From assembly GCF_963921235.1 (NCBI RefSeq), contig NC_086109.1, positions 30,878,001-30,942,000 of the forward strand: 64,000 nt of DNA, written 5' to 3'. This document shows positions 25,136-35,954 of this stretch, one piece after another (positions within the stretch are counted from its first letter, which is position 1; every line of letters begins with the position of its first letter). The stretch comes from Mobula hypostoma. Its lineage: Eukaryota. Below the pieces are notes generated by a model, which saw nothing but the letters and a program-made list of their open reading frames with translations, made no database searches and had not been told where the DNA came from. A program made the translations under genes and the position numbers.

Positions 25136-25722
25136 CTGGGGACCCTTCAGTCCAGCAGTCTTCCTCCAGCTTCACTGCCGTTGTGATGTTATCATCTTCC
25201 ACCAGCTCCACCACTGAGGTCTCGGTTGGATTGATCTTTGATCTGGAACCTCCTCCTTCTCATTAATACTACATATGGGTGATCCTACCAGGAACTAAGC
25301 ATTAGATGGATCAACTCCAGGTAGTATCACCCTTGGGATCTCAGGAACTCATGAGCCTCTCCACCACGACAAGATGACGATTCTCAGAGAAGATCTGGTA
25401 AAACTGGAGAATTGCCAGCAAAGTATATTTAAATAGTTTCTATTCCAACATCTTCCAGGGTGTAGGACTTGCTCAATACTGGTCTGGAATATCAGGCCTG
25501 GAATGGGTCTTACATCAAAGAAGCTATTATAATGATTCATGAGTATGATAAGGTGGACTCTTGACCCCACAAACTACTTCATTATGAACTTACACCTTAT
25601 TGTTTACCTGCACTTTTCTGTAGCTGTTTTACTTTATTCTGCATTGTTACTGTTTTACCTTGTTCTACCTCAATGCACTGTGTAATGATTTGATCAATAT
25701 CAACAGTATCCAAGACAAGCTT

Positions 25723-27577
25723 GTCACTCCACTCTTCAAGAAGGGAGAGAGGCAGAAGAAAAGAAACTATAGGCTAGTAAGTCTGACCTCAGTGGCTGGG
25801 AAGATGTTGGAGCTGATTATTAAGGATGAAGTCTCAGAGTACTTGGAGGCATATGATAAATAGGTCATAGTCGGTATGGTTTCCTCAAGGGAAAATCTTG
25901 CTTGACAAATTTGTTGCAATTCATGAAGAAATAACAAACAGGATAGACAAAGGAGAATTGGTTGATGTTGTGTACTTGAATTTTCAGAAGGCCTTTGACA
26001 AGGTGCCACACATGATGCTACGTAACAAACTAGAAGCCCATGGTATCACAGGAAAGATTCTAGCATGGATTAAGCAGTGGTTGATTGGCAGGATGTAAAG
26101 AGTGGGAATAAAGGGAGCCTTTTCTGGCTGGCTGCTGGTGACTAGTGGTGTTCCACAGGGGTCTGTGTTGGGACCGATTCTTTTTACATTGTATGTCAAT
26201 GATTTGGATGATAGAATTGATGGCTTTGTTTCAAAATTTGCAGGTGATAATAAGAAAGGTGGAGGGGCAGGTATTCTTGAGAAAGTAGAGAGGCTGCAGA
26301 AGACTAAGGCAGATTAGGGGAATGGGCAAAGAAATGGCAGATGGAATATAGTGTTGGGAAGTGTATGGCCTGTGACGAGAATACACATAAAATTAAGATG
26401 TTTGCTGGCCTGGGTTAGCATCAGTGACATCAGCAAGTGGTCTGCCACCTGCCCTCAGGGGAAGGAGAAATAAGGAACAATGGAGCAGCGTCTGGAGATG
26501 TGTAATGAAGGGACGGGGGAGAGAGAGCTGTCTGGAGCGGCTCCCCCCCTTTGAACCTTGAACTGTTTGAAGTGATGGACAGGCGATACCCCAGCAGGGG
26601 GATAAAAAGGGACCGGTTCACTAAGGCAGGGACACACGCCACCCGAGGTAACGAGACCCTGGAAGCGGTATGCTTCTCACGAGTCGGTGGGAAGTACCAG
26701 ACAACGGCCAGGGTGGAAAGGTACGATCAGCGGGAACCCGGTGTGTGTCCACCCTTGCCTGGGTGCCGGGTTCACTGCAGAGGATCGACCGCATCTGGAG
26801 GAGGGGTCACAGTCGGTGACCTCAGGTGACATCACCAAGAACCTGCCCAAAAGCTGCTTGTGAGCCATATCGTCGGTCTGTGAGTGAAGCCATGTCTGAA
26901 TGATCAGTTGTTCCTGTTCCCTCTCTCTCTTCCCCCACGTTGTCCATCGCCATGGCAACGATTACTGCAAACTGAACTACTAAACTGGACTGAACTTTGA
27001 GTCACTTTGAAATTTGGTCATTTACCCCTAGACAATGATAGAGCTTGATTGATGCTGTTATCTTAAGTCTGTGCACATGTGTGTTTATCATCGCTGAACT
27101 GTTGCATTTATTATCCATTCGATTACTGTGTTGCTTGTTTCTTTAATAAAACTTTCTTAGTTCTAGTACTCCAGACTCCAACTGAGTGATCCATTTCTGC
27201 TGGTTTGGCAACCCAGTTACGGGGTACGTAACAGGCCATGCACTTTGGTCGAAAAAATCTAAGGGTTGACTATTTCCTAAATGGAGAGAAAATACAAAAA
27301 AACTCAAGTGCAAAGGGACTTGTCATATGAAGAATGTTTGATGGCTCTGGGCCTGTATTCACTGGAATTCAGAAGAATGAGGGGTTACCTTCATGAACCT
27401 AACAAATGGTAAAAGGCCTTGATAGAGTGGATGTGAAGAGTATGTTTCCTATGGTTTATTCTGGAGAAGGCTGGGGACTGGGGCTGAGAGACAAATTGGA
27501 TCAGCCATGTTGAAATAGCGGAGCAGACTTGATAGGCCAAATAGCCCAATTGTGCTCCTGTATCTTATGGACATATG
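25723..27577 (+). mobile_element. CR1 LINE, 5'-truncated, interrupted by a solo LTR
   Basis: VTPLFKKG, NYRLVSLTSVAGK, FQKAFDKVPH and SGVPQGSVLGP. The frame KCMA|MHFG is continuous across the LTR. Confidence 0.9.
26371..27233 (+). mobile_element. Solo LTR, 863 bp
   Basis: TGTGAC...GTAACA with a perfect 4-bp TSD GGCC (26367-26370, 27234-27237). CpG-rich and homologous to 165-1009. Confidence 0.95.
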
Positions 27578-28504
27578 GTATCTCAGTACATGTAACTATA
27601 AAAACCAATTGCAATTCCAAAGATCATGATGTGAATATGTTATCAATGGAGCCAAAGCATGAAAGTTGCTCCTACAACTCACATCTGTAGATATATAGGT
27701 TTAGGCACTTCAAAAATGGAAATAAGGTACTTAATGCTTGTTTGATGCCACATTTACCTAAATGGGTTGTTTTAGCAGTTCTGTGTAGACCAGTACCAGT
27801 TCCCTTATGTGACCTGACTAAATGTGGAATTTAGGGTCATAAAGCTGCATCTTTTGGTTCTTTATCAGATTGGTGGGGAGCCTCAGGCAAGCTGTAGGCA
27901 ACCATTGGCCACTGTAGCTTCTGGTTTGTCTATTTCTTACTCCAGTCTTGCAAGAACTAATTGAGGAGCTGCAATTAAAATCTTTCACAGTGAGTGCTTG
28001 GTGAGGGCCTGCAGGCATCTGCTCTCCTGATGGATACAAACAAGACCCATGGTCCATGTCGGCTTAGGCCTGCAGATTCCACCATGGGGATCTAATCAAT
28101 TTCTCAATCGCATCATAATGAAACCATTTTTGTATAGATGTTACCTCTATAGTAATAGGTTGTGTAATAACAAGTAGTGCAGCAGCATAGAAAATTACAA
28201 TTTGTTTGTTTTAATAAGTCAGTGAAATGTGTCCTTGGATTTCTTTTCTGTCAGGGAAAGTATCCCAGGGTCAGCATTTTATTTTAATTACTGCTGTAGC
28301 TATTTGGAGAGAGCATTATAAATGTCAAAGCCAATTATTACCAGATAAGAACATTCACTTTGAGCTTGTAAGATAATTGAAGTGTATAATAAACTGCTAA
28401 AGTTCCTGATTGTTACTTTAAAATATCTGTAACTATTTTTATATTTCCCTTTCTTTTGCTTCTTTTCCTTTTCTCTGCTATTCTAGTACATCTGAGAAGG
28501 AAAA

Positions 28505-28789
28505 AAAAGTATTTATTTTATTCAGATTAAGCACAGGGTAGGCCCATCAAGCAGTGCCGCCCAACAATTCCCTAATTTCATCCTAGCCTAAACATGGGAC
28601 AATTTACAATGACCAGTTAACCTACCAACTGGTATGTTTTTGGAATGTGGGAGGAAGCCGGAGCACCCAGAGGAAACTCGCGCGGTCACGGGTAGAACGT
28701 ACAAACTCCTTATGGGCAGTGGCGGAAATTGAACCCAGGTCACTGGTACTGTAAAGTGTTGTGCTAACCACTACGCCACCATGCTACCC
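28505..28789 (-). mobile_element. Full-length HE1-like tRNA SINE
   Basis: The minus strand starts gggtagcatggtggcgtagtggttagc (A-box), then gggttcaatttcc (B-box) and the V-domain-like gggtgctccggcttcctcccaca. Confidence 0.88.
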
Positions 28790-29810
28790 TTTGGGTTGTG
28801 CCTTTTACTGTTACTGATGCCTTGTCAGGTTGGGAGGTTGGAAGCATTATTAATTTGAATGTAACTCCCCACTCACTTTTTTTGCTTCCTTCCCTGAGGT
28901 GGAAAGCACCATGTCAGAGCATTTTCAAAAGCATTTTTACCCTTTAATGATCACTAGGGAAGACAATGAACTCACTGGTGGTCTCAGCCCATTAATTTAA
29001 CTTGTCAAGAAGCCAATGAAGCCTACTAATTTGAAAGGGCACGGTGGAGCAAAATCTCTACTCTAGAGGTGGACATGTAATTCATGCAATGCTGTGAATT
29101 GCTTCCATGTTTGATATCTTTAAGAGACTTTCTGAGTTTGTGGGCTGTGGTAGACTGAATCCATTGGATGTATCAATATAGTTTTGTTTGCAACATCTTA
29201 TCACAACATTCAGATTGTTTTCTTTTGAATAAATATTTCAGGACATCAGTACACGGAAAACTGCTGGAATCTGTTGGAGGCCTGTGACTAGTGGTGTGCT
29301 ATAGGGATCACTGGTGTTTATCATACATTTTAATAATCTGCATGCAAATTTAGATGGCATAATTAGGAAGTTTGCAAAGGAAAACAAAGTTGGTTATATA
29401 GTGGGCTGTGTAGAAGGTTTTCCTAAATTACAATAGTATATGGATCAATTGGGAAAGTGGAAACAGGAGTGGCAGATGCATTTTGGGAATTTCATTCAGA
29501 CCCAGGTAGCACAGTGCCTTTGGAGAGTATTGTAGAACACAGAGATGTAGAGTTACAAGTACACAGCTCCCTGAAAATGGGGAAACAGGGTGGTGAAGAA
29601 GGCGTGAAGGAAATGAGTACAAGAGTTGGGATGTCAGGTTACAGTTGTATAAAATGTTCATTAGGCAGTACTTGAAGATTCCCAAGGACATTGCGTGGAA
29701 TGGAAGGCTTGAGCTTTAAGGAGAGATTGGATAAGATGGGTCTGTTTTCCCCGGAACCATGGAGGTTGAGAGGTGACATTATAAAAGTATGAGAGGCCTA
29801 GATAGCCAGA

Positions 29811-29868
29811 ACAGCGCGCGCACACACACAGACACACACACACACAGACACACACACACACAGACACA

Positions 29869-29928
<60 letters not shown>

Positions 29929-30007
29929 GCTGGAGGAACTCAGCAGGTCAGGCAGCATCTATGGAAATGAATAGATAGTCGATGTTTTAGGCCGAGACCC
30001 TCTTCGG
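29811..30007 (-). mobile_element. Penelope-derived short element with expanded CA tract
   Basis: Flanked by agatagccaga (29800-29810) and agataaccaga (30008-30018). Body tgctggaggaactcagcaggtcaggcagcatctatgg. Confidence 0.8.
29820..29926. repeat. (CA)n microsatellite with GA interruptions
   Basis: Directly visible in the sequence. Confidence 0.98.
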
Positions 30008-30359
30008 AGATAACCAGACTCTGTTTCCTATGATAAGGATTCAAAAACTGAAGGCTGGAAATTTAAGTTGTGAGGAAGGAGATAAAAGGGGATTTGAGGG
30101 GGAGGTTTTTTGCACAAAGAGCAGTTGATATTTGGAATGAACTGCCAGAGCAGTTGGTGGAGGTAGAAAGAGTAACAGCATTTATGAAGTATCTGGACAT
30201 GTATTTGAAGAAGCAAGGCTTGGGAGAGTTTGTATTTAATGCAGGTAAGTGTTATTAGTATTGAGACACATGATGGTTGGCATAGACTGATGAACCAAGG
30301 GCCTGTTTTTATGCCGTAAAATTTTATGATATTATTAAAGAAGTTGTAACAAAGCACTC

Positions 30360-31640
30360 AGAAAATAATAGGATTGAGCAAAGACAACATGGATTTATGA
30401 AACAGAAATAATATTGGACAAATTTGTTTCATATTTTAAATTTTGGTTGATCAGATTGATGTGGAATATTTGGACTTTTAATTAGGTGCAGTCCAAATAG
30501 AATCAGAGCACTAAGTGTTGAGGTTAACATATCATTGGTTCACAAACAGAAAACAGAGCAGGAACAAATGGGTCAGTTTCAGTTTGGGAGGTTAGAGATT
30601 AATGGTATGCTGTTCACGATCTGCAACACAATCTGTTCACAAGTTATACTTGAAGGGATCAAGTATAGCATATCTAAGTTTGCTTATGATGCAAAGTTGG
30701 GTTGAAATGTGGGTTGTGAGGAGGAAAAGATGCTTCAGGGTTGTAGAAAAGTTATGAAAATATGGAGGGACATGGCAGACAAAATATAATGTGGAAAATT
30801 AAAGCCATCCACTTTGGTGGGAAAACAAATAAGAGAGGCAGAGCATTTTTTAAAATGGTGCAAGACTGAAAGGTGACACAATTCAGAGTGACCTAGATGA
30901 CATTGCCCATAAATAATAAATGTTAACATACTGAACATACAACGTAAAGCAGCACAGCATGGAAGGAGGCTCATTGATCCACTATGTCTGTGCACCCATG
31001 ATGCCAATTTAAACCGCATTTCTGCCTGCACATGATCCATATCTCTTCATTCCCTCTCTGTTCATGTGTCTGTCTAAATGCCTCTTAAGTATTGCTGTTC
31101 TATCTATTTCCACCACTTCCCATGGCAATGCATTTCAGGCCCTTATTACTCTATGTTAATAAAAACCTTGCCATGCAAATTTAATTTAACCTTACCTCCT
31201 CTCGCATGAAAGTTATGCCCTGTAATATTTGACATCTCCACCCAGGAAATATCTACCCTGGATTTGTCATATGAGAAGTGATTAGGCAGAAAGGGCCCAT
31301 TTACTCATGACCTCATTGAAATGTATAAAATTGATACATTTCTTGATTAAGTGATGATGTTTCCTGGTCAGATTGGAGCCTATAACTATTGGCCATGGAT
31401 TTGATCCAAGGGCTCAGCTCTTCAAAAGAGAAATTTCCTTCCCTGGAGGATAACGAATCTTTGGAATGCTCTTCTGAAGAGAGCCTTGGGAGCTCAATTC
31501 CTGAATATATGCACAACAGAGACTGCTGAGAGCCATGGGATGTGGGGTTAATATGGGAATGTGATGCCGATAAACTGTGACTTTATTGAATCAGCACAGA
31601 CAGTAAGGACAGAATGGACTCGTCTACATCTATTGTTACA
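30360..31640. mobile_element. Old CR1 fragments (+) with a minus-strand CR1 tail at about 30940-31260
   Basis: caacatggatttatgaaa (QHGFMK), tctaagtttgcttatgatgcaaag (SKFAxDAK) and atccactttggt (IHFG). Confidence 0.65.
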
Positions 31641-33329
31641 TTATGTGGAGTCAAACATAGTTTTCAAGTATGGTTTTCCTAGTGCATTTAAAATAATTTG
31701 GAAACATGCGATTATGTTTATCGTTATTTATAGGAGTGTCATAAAGAAAGCTACATTAAAAATCAATTGTTCCTTGATAATCTGATTTGGTCCTGCTCAA
31801 TAGCTAAATAAGCCACTGGGGAGCAACCTGTCCTTGGAAGATCTAATTCCTATGCTATTGAACTGGACATCCAGTTAGATCACTGATTAAATCATAGAAT
31901 GCAAGATACCAATTTGGACTGTGTTATCAGACAGGACCTAGGGCAAAGGGGAAAAAAACCAAAGGGCAGTTGAATAAGAAAAGTAATTTTACAGTCACGG
32001 GATACTGAAAAAAAAGAGGACATTTGTTGTATTGCATTTGGAATATTATTGTCTCATTGCCAACTACTTTCATTATACATTCAATTTAACTCGGAGTAAA
32101 TAATGCCACTAATTGGATCAGATGGAACTATTTTCTAACATGTCCCCTGTCCTTTAGTTAGTGCTTACTGTTGTTGCTTTCCTCTCTGAAGTTGCTGCAC
32201 AAAACACTCATCTGTTATTGCCTCAGGATATTGTAACAGAATTTGAAATAGTTGTCTTACTCCCTAGGTCAGTGCTATATATAAAACTATTTTTAACTAT
32301 TACCAACTTCCAATCAAATTACTAGGAACCCTATCCAGAAAAATATTGAAAAGACAGCACTTCCAACTGTGATAAAAGTGTTTTACTGCAAAGGAATGCA
32401 TGTGTGAAGTGCAATCTTGCTATGATTTCTATCTTTTAGTTTTATATTGAACAATATGACTTTTGAGGAGGATTCAGCTAATGTTCGAAGTGGTGAAATG
32501 CGATTTAAATTACTTTTATAATGTTTCTTTAGTCCTTCATAGCTACTGTCTATTGATTATTTCTGGCACTCATCTTCTTCAACGTTGGTTGAGGGTCTGT
32601 GTGGTATATTTTGCATTCTGCATGGGTGAGCAGGAGAGAGGCATTGGACAGATATCAATCGGCTGGATTGCTGCCAAGGCTCTTGACCTTTTAGGTGTGT
32701 TTAAAGGAACTGTTTCACATATTCCAGAAGAGCTCCTCTGAACTAACGAAATATATCTCCAATCAGTGGATGTGTAACTTTATAATTTTTTGGACAGTCC
32801 AGTGTAAAATAAGTGCATCAGGATGCAACAATGATGAAGCCAGAGGACAACAGATGGCTTAGGGAGAAGTCATTGCAATGGGTTTCTACATTAAGTTCCC
32901 GAGAGCTTGATTCAGCGAAGAGTTGGAAGCAGTATAATTATAAAAATGATATTGGATATTTCTCCATCTCTGTGTAATTTTGTTATGATGCTATGTTTGC
33001 TTCATTGAACACAGGTAAATATCATACCTATGGCAATATTGCTGATCTAAGTGCACCTGCCTAAGGAAATTTCCTTTCAGATGGGAACCAATAATGATGA
33101 TGTATTATTTCTCAAATGTTAATTAGCTGATAAAGTTTGAACTTTAAAAAAATGCGTTGATTTAAAAAATCCAGTAAATGAAAAGCAAAAACAAGGCAGA
33201 AGCTGAAAATCTGAAAATTCTGAAAACACGCAGCAGGTCAGTCAGCACTCGTGCAGAGAATCAAAGAGCCAACATTTAAGGAAACCAGTTCATATTGATT
33301 TGAAGTTTTGGTTGTGTGTTTCCAATATC

Positions 33330-33640
33330 TATCACTGAAACCTCTATCTCTATGACATGTCCTGTAGTCACACACTCTGTGAGATGCTTTCATTCCTCCA
33401 ATTCAGCTCTCTTGATCCTTCCTGAATATAATTATTCCTTCATTGGAGATGGTGGATACAGCTGGCATCATGGTAATCTCTGGAATATCTGTCTAATTCT
33501 CTCTATTACTCTCTCATTCATCAAAACCTACTTGACCAAGTAAATAGTCATGTCTAAAACCTCCTTGTGTGGTTCAATGGCAAATTTTGTTTTCTGATGC
33601 TTCTGTGATACACTTTGGGATATTTTCTAATATATTCTAT
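33330..33640 (+). mobile_element. Old L2-like LINE 3' end
   Basis: caaattttgttttctgatgcttctgtgatacactttgggatattttcta resembles an L2-type tail. Confidence 0.4.
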
Positions 33641-34354
33641 TCCGCCAAGCTGTTTCTTCAACATAATTGATTTGCAAAAGGCTAAGTGGTAGGCATGATG
33701 ATTTTTATTGCTATTAAGTTGATGCTGGGAACTTGATGGTACTTTGGGTTGTGTTTTGCCTTCACTCTAATCATACAATCAATTATGTCATCTGAACACA
33801 GTGTTCCTTTTGGTACACTGTATAGGAAATTGAATTATGGTGTTTTGGGTCTAGCTGTTGACTGGCAGTCAGTGGTCACTCTAGAACAACAATGTATCAT
33901 TAAAGCTACTCTGAAAAATCACATCATAAGATGTATTTACCTTCAGATATTAAACATAACTGCATCAGCCATTCCCTCTGAAGCTGACTGGAAATCTATT
34001 CATGTGGAGAAGGCATTCTGAAGTCCCAAATTAAGCCACCATCTTTTCCCATATTGCTTGCAGAAGTAATTCAAGATGAGCAGTATGTGCAGATGTGCAG
34101 GCCCAAGGATTGCTCTGAAGTTAGCAAACAGGTCAAGGACCCATTCTATGGCAGCCTCTTAAGCATTGTGGCTGAGCAACAATTTCACATTTGGCACCTA
34201 CCGTGGTCCACAAAGAACAGATCAAATGATGGACAGAGAGTTAATTGTAAGTATGTAACTGAGCTGGTTTCAGGACATCAAAGAGGTTTGAAAAAGTGAA
34301 ATGCTCTGTGGACTATTGTGCATATGACCAGATAGTATTCTCTTCTTGTAGTGT

Positions 34355-34925
34355 TTCGAAGGTTTCAAGGGTACATTTAATGTCAGTGAAATGTATACAA
34401 TATACATCCTGAAATTCTTTTTCTTCGCAATCATCCCCAAAAACAGAGGAGTGCCCCAAAGAATAAATGAGAGTAGAACCCCAAAGCCCCCTCCCATGCA
34501 TAAGCAGCAACAAAGCACAGAACACCCTCCCCCACCAGCAAAAAAAAGCATCAGCGCACCCCAACGAGCATTCAATCATACAGCAAAGCATCAATAAAGA
34601 CACAGACTTGCAGTACCCCAAAGACTACTTGTTCCACCGGTAATTCAACATACCACATGCTCTCTCTCCCTAATAAAGGAAAAAGAGATGTCCCCATTTC
34701 ACAGCAAGAGGGGAGACATAACAGACAACTGATTGATTTACGATGTTAAAAGTCTGTTGCATCGCCTTTTCCGAGCTCTGCGCCCAAAGATCTCAGGTCT
34801 CTGGGCACATGGCCAGCAGCTAGCTTGCTGCTTTCGATCTTCCGTGTACTCCCTTGACACACCAGATTCCTGCGGAGGCTGCCCTCCTCCAGAACCACAA
34901 AATCCCGAAACTCCAAAGGTGCGGT
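34355..34925 (-). mobile_element. Second copy of the non-coding retroposon family of 6781-7575
   Basis: Shared blocks gtacatttaatgtcag, acagaggagtgccccaaagaat, ccctaataagggaaaaagagatgtc and ttttccgagctctg.gcccaaagatctcaggtctctgggcaca. Confidence 0.8.
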
Positions 34926-35420
34926 AGTCTTCTGGTATTTAATATTTCAGTAATATTGTAAATATATTGTTTAATTAAGCATTCTTTGTTGTTAACATAC
35001 TTCATTGTAGGTTATATGTAAGAAGTAAGTGAATAGCATACATCATTATTTCACCATGTCATAAACGCATGCCTCACTAAAAAAAAGGAAAGTTAAACTA
35101 GCTAAACAAGTTCCAGCTCTTGCGCTTTTCTCTGTTAGTTTCTGGAGTTACAAAACATAACAATGGTGATGAGGTGATGTGAGAGTTTTCACACAAACCC
35201 ATGATGACTACCTAGTATTCAAGCACAGCAGATTTTTCTTTGAAAGGGGGAGAGAAACACAACTTAAAAAAAAGCACAATGCAGTTTCTTTTTGGAAGGA
35301 CTGAGAGAAATTAGAGTTTTTAAAAAAAGGCAGAAAATGGTTGAAATTAAGAAGCAATGAGTATGGCCATAAGTTCATGAACAGTGATTACCAGGTGACG
35401 ATAATACTAACTAATAAATA

Positions 35421-35945
35421 CGAGGGGTGATTAATAAGTTCGTGGCCTATGGTAGAAGGAGTCAATTTTAGAAAACCTAGCATATTTATTTTTCAACATG
35501 GTCCCCTCCTACATTTACACATTTAGTCCAGCAGTCGTGGGGCATACAGATCCCTTCTTTGCAGAAGTCGGCGTCTTGGACCTCCAGAAAGTGGTCCACA
35601 GCAGGGATGATTGACAGGTTCGTGGCCTAAGGTAGAAGGAGATGAGTTATTAACTTCAAACTTTCTGCATAATCACTCAAAGAGTTGAACTGCACGTGCA
35701 TGTAAGGAGAGCTGTATAACTCATCTCCTTTTACCTAAGGCCACAAACTTATCAATCACCCCTGCTGTGGACCACTTTCTGGAGGTCCAAGATGCCGACT
35801 TCTACAAAGAAGGGATCCGTGTGCTCCATGGCCGCTGGACTAAGTGTGCAAATGTAGGAGGGGACTATGTTGAAAAATAAATGTGCTAGGTTTTCTAAAA
35901 TTGACTCGGTCTACCTTAGGCCATGAACTTATCAATCACCCCTTG
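35421..35945. mobile_element. Mariner-type fold-back MITE, 525 bp
   Basis: TA|CGAGGGGTGATTAATAAGTTCGTGGCCT ... AGGCCATGAACTTATCAATCACCCCTTG|TA. The arms are inverted over about 230 bp. Confidence 0.92.
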
Positions 35946-35954
35946 TAAATAAGC

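Larger units (their letters stand above)
23525..25394 (-). mobile_element. RTE-derived non-autonomous element (5' leader type) split by a hAT insertion
   Basis: The minus strand begins ...tcgtcatcttgtcgtggtggagaggctc...cctggtaggatcaccc...ggaggttccagatcaaaga, resembling RTE (BovB/Rex3) 5' UTRs. The two halves join across the hAT TSD. Confidence 0.65.
25535..27620 (+). mobile_element. LINE 3' UTR (Rex1-like) split by a CR1 insertion
   Basis: ...gcactgtgtaatgatttgatc...caagacaagctt (25722) continues as gtatctcagtacatgtaactataaaaaccaattgcaattcc (27578-27620). Confidence 0.6.
29240..30330 (+). mobile_element. Degraded CR1 LINE
   Basis: gtgactagtggtgtgctataggga (VTSGVxxG) and RGRFFAQRAVDIWNELPE. 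Confidence 0.8.

Noticed and set aside
28700..28789. tRNA-like sequence (also near 2335 and 55110)
   Set aside because: These are SINE heads: A/B boxes continue into a SINE body and tail, with no complete cloverleaf.
29661..29974. VC- and HT-repeat ORFs
   Set aside because: They are translations of the (CA)n microsatellite.
30230..30250. AG|GTAAGT recursive-splice-like motif
   Set aside because: It lies in a decayed CR1 tail and lacks a real polypyrimidine tract.
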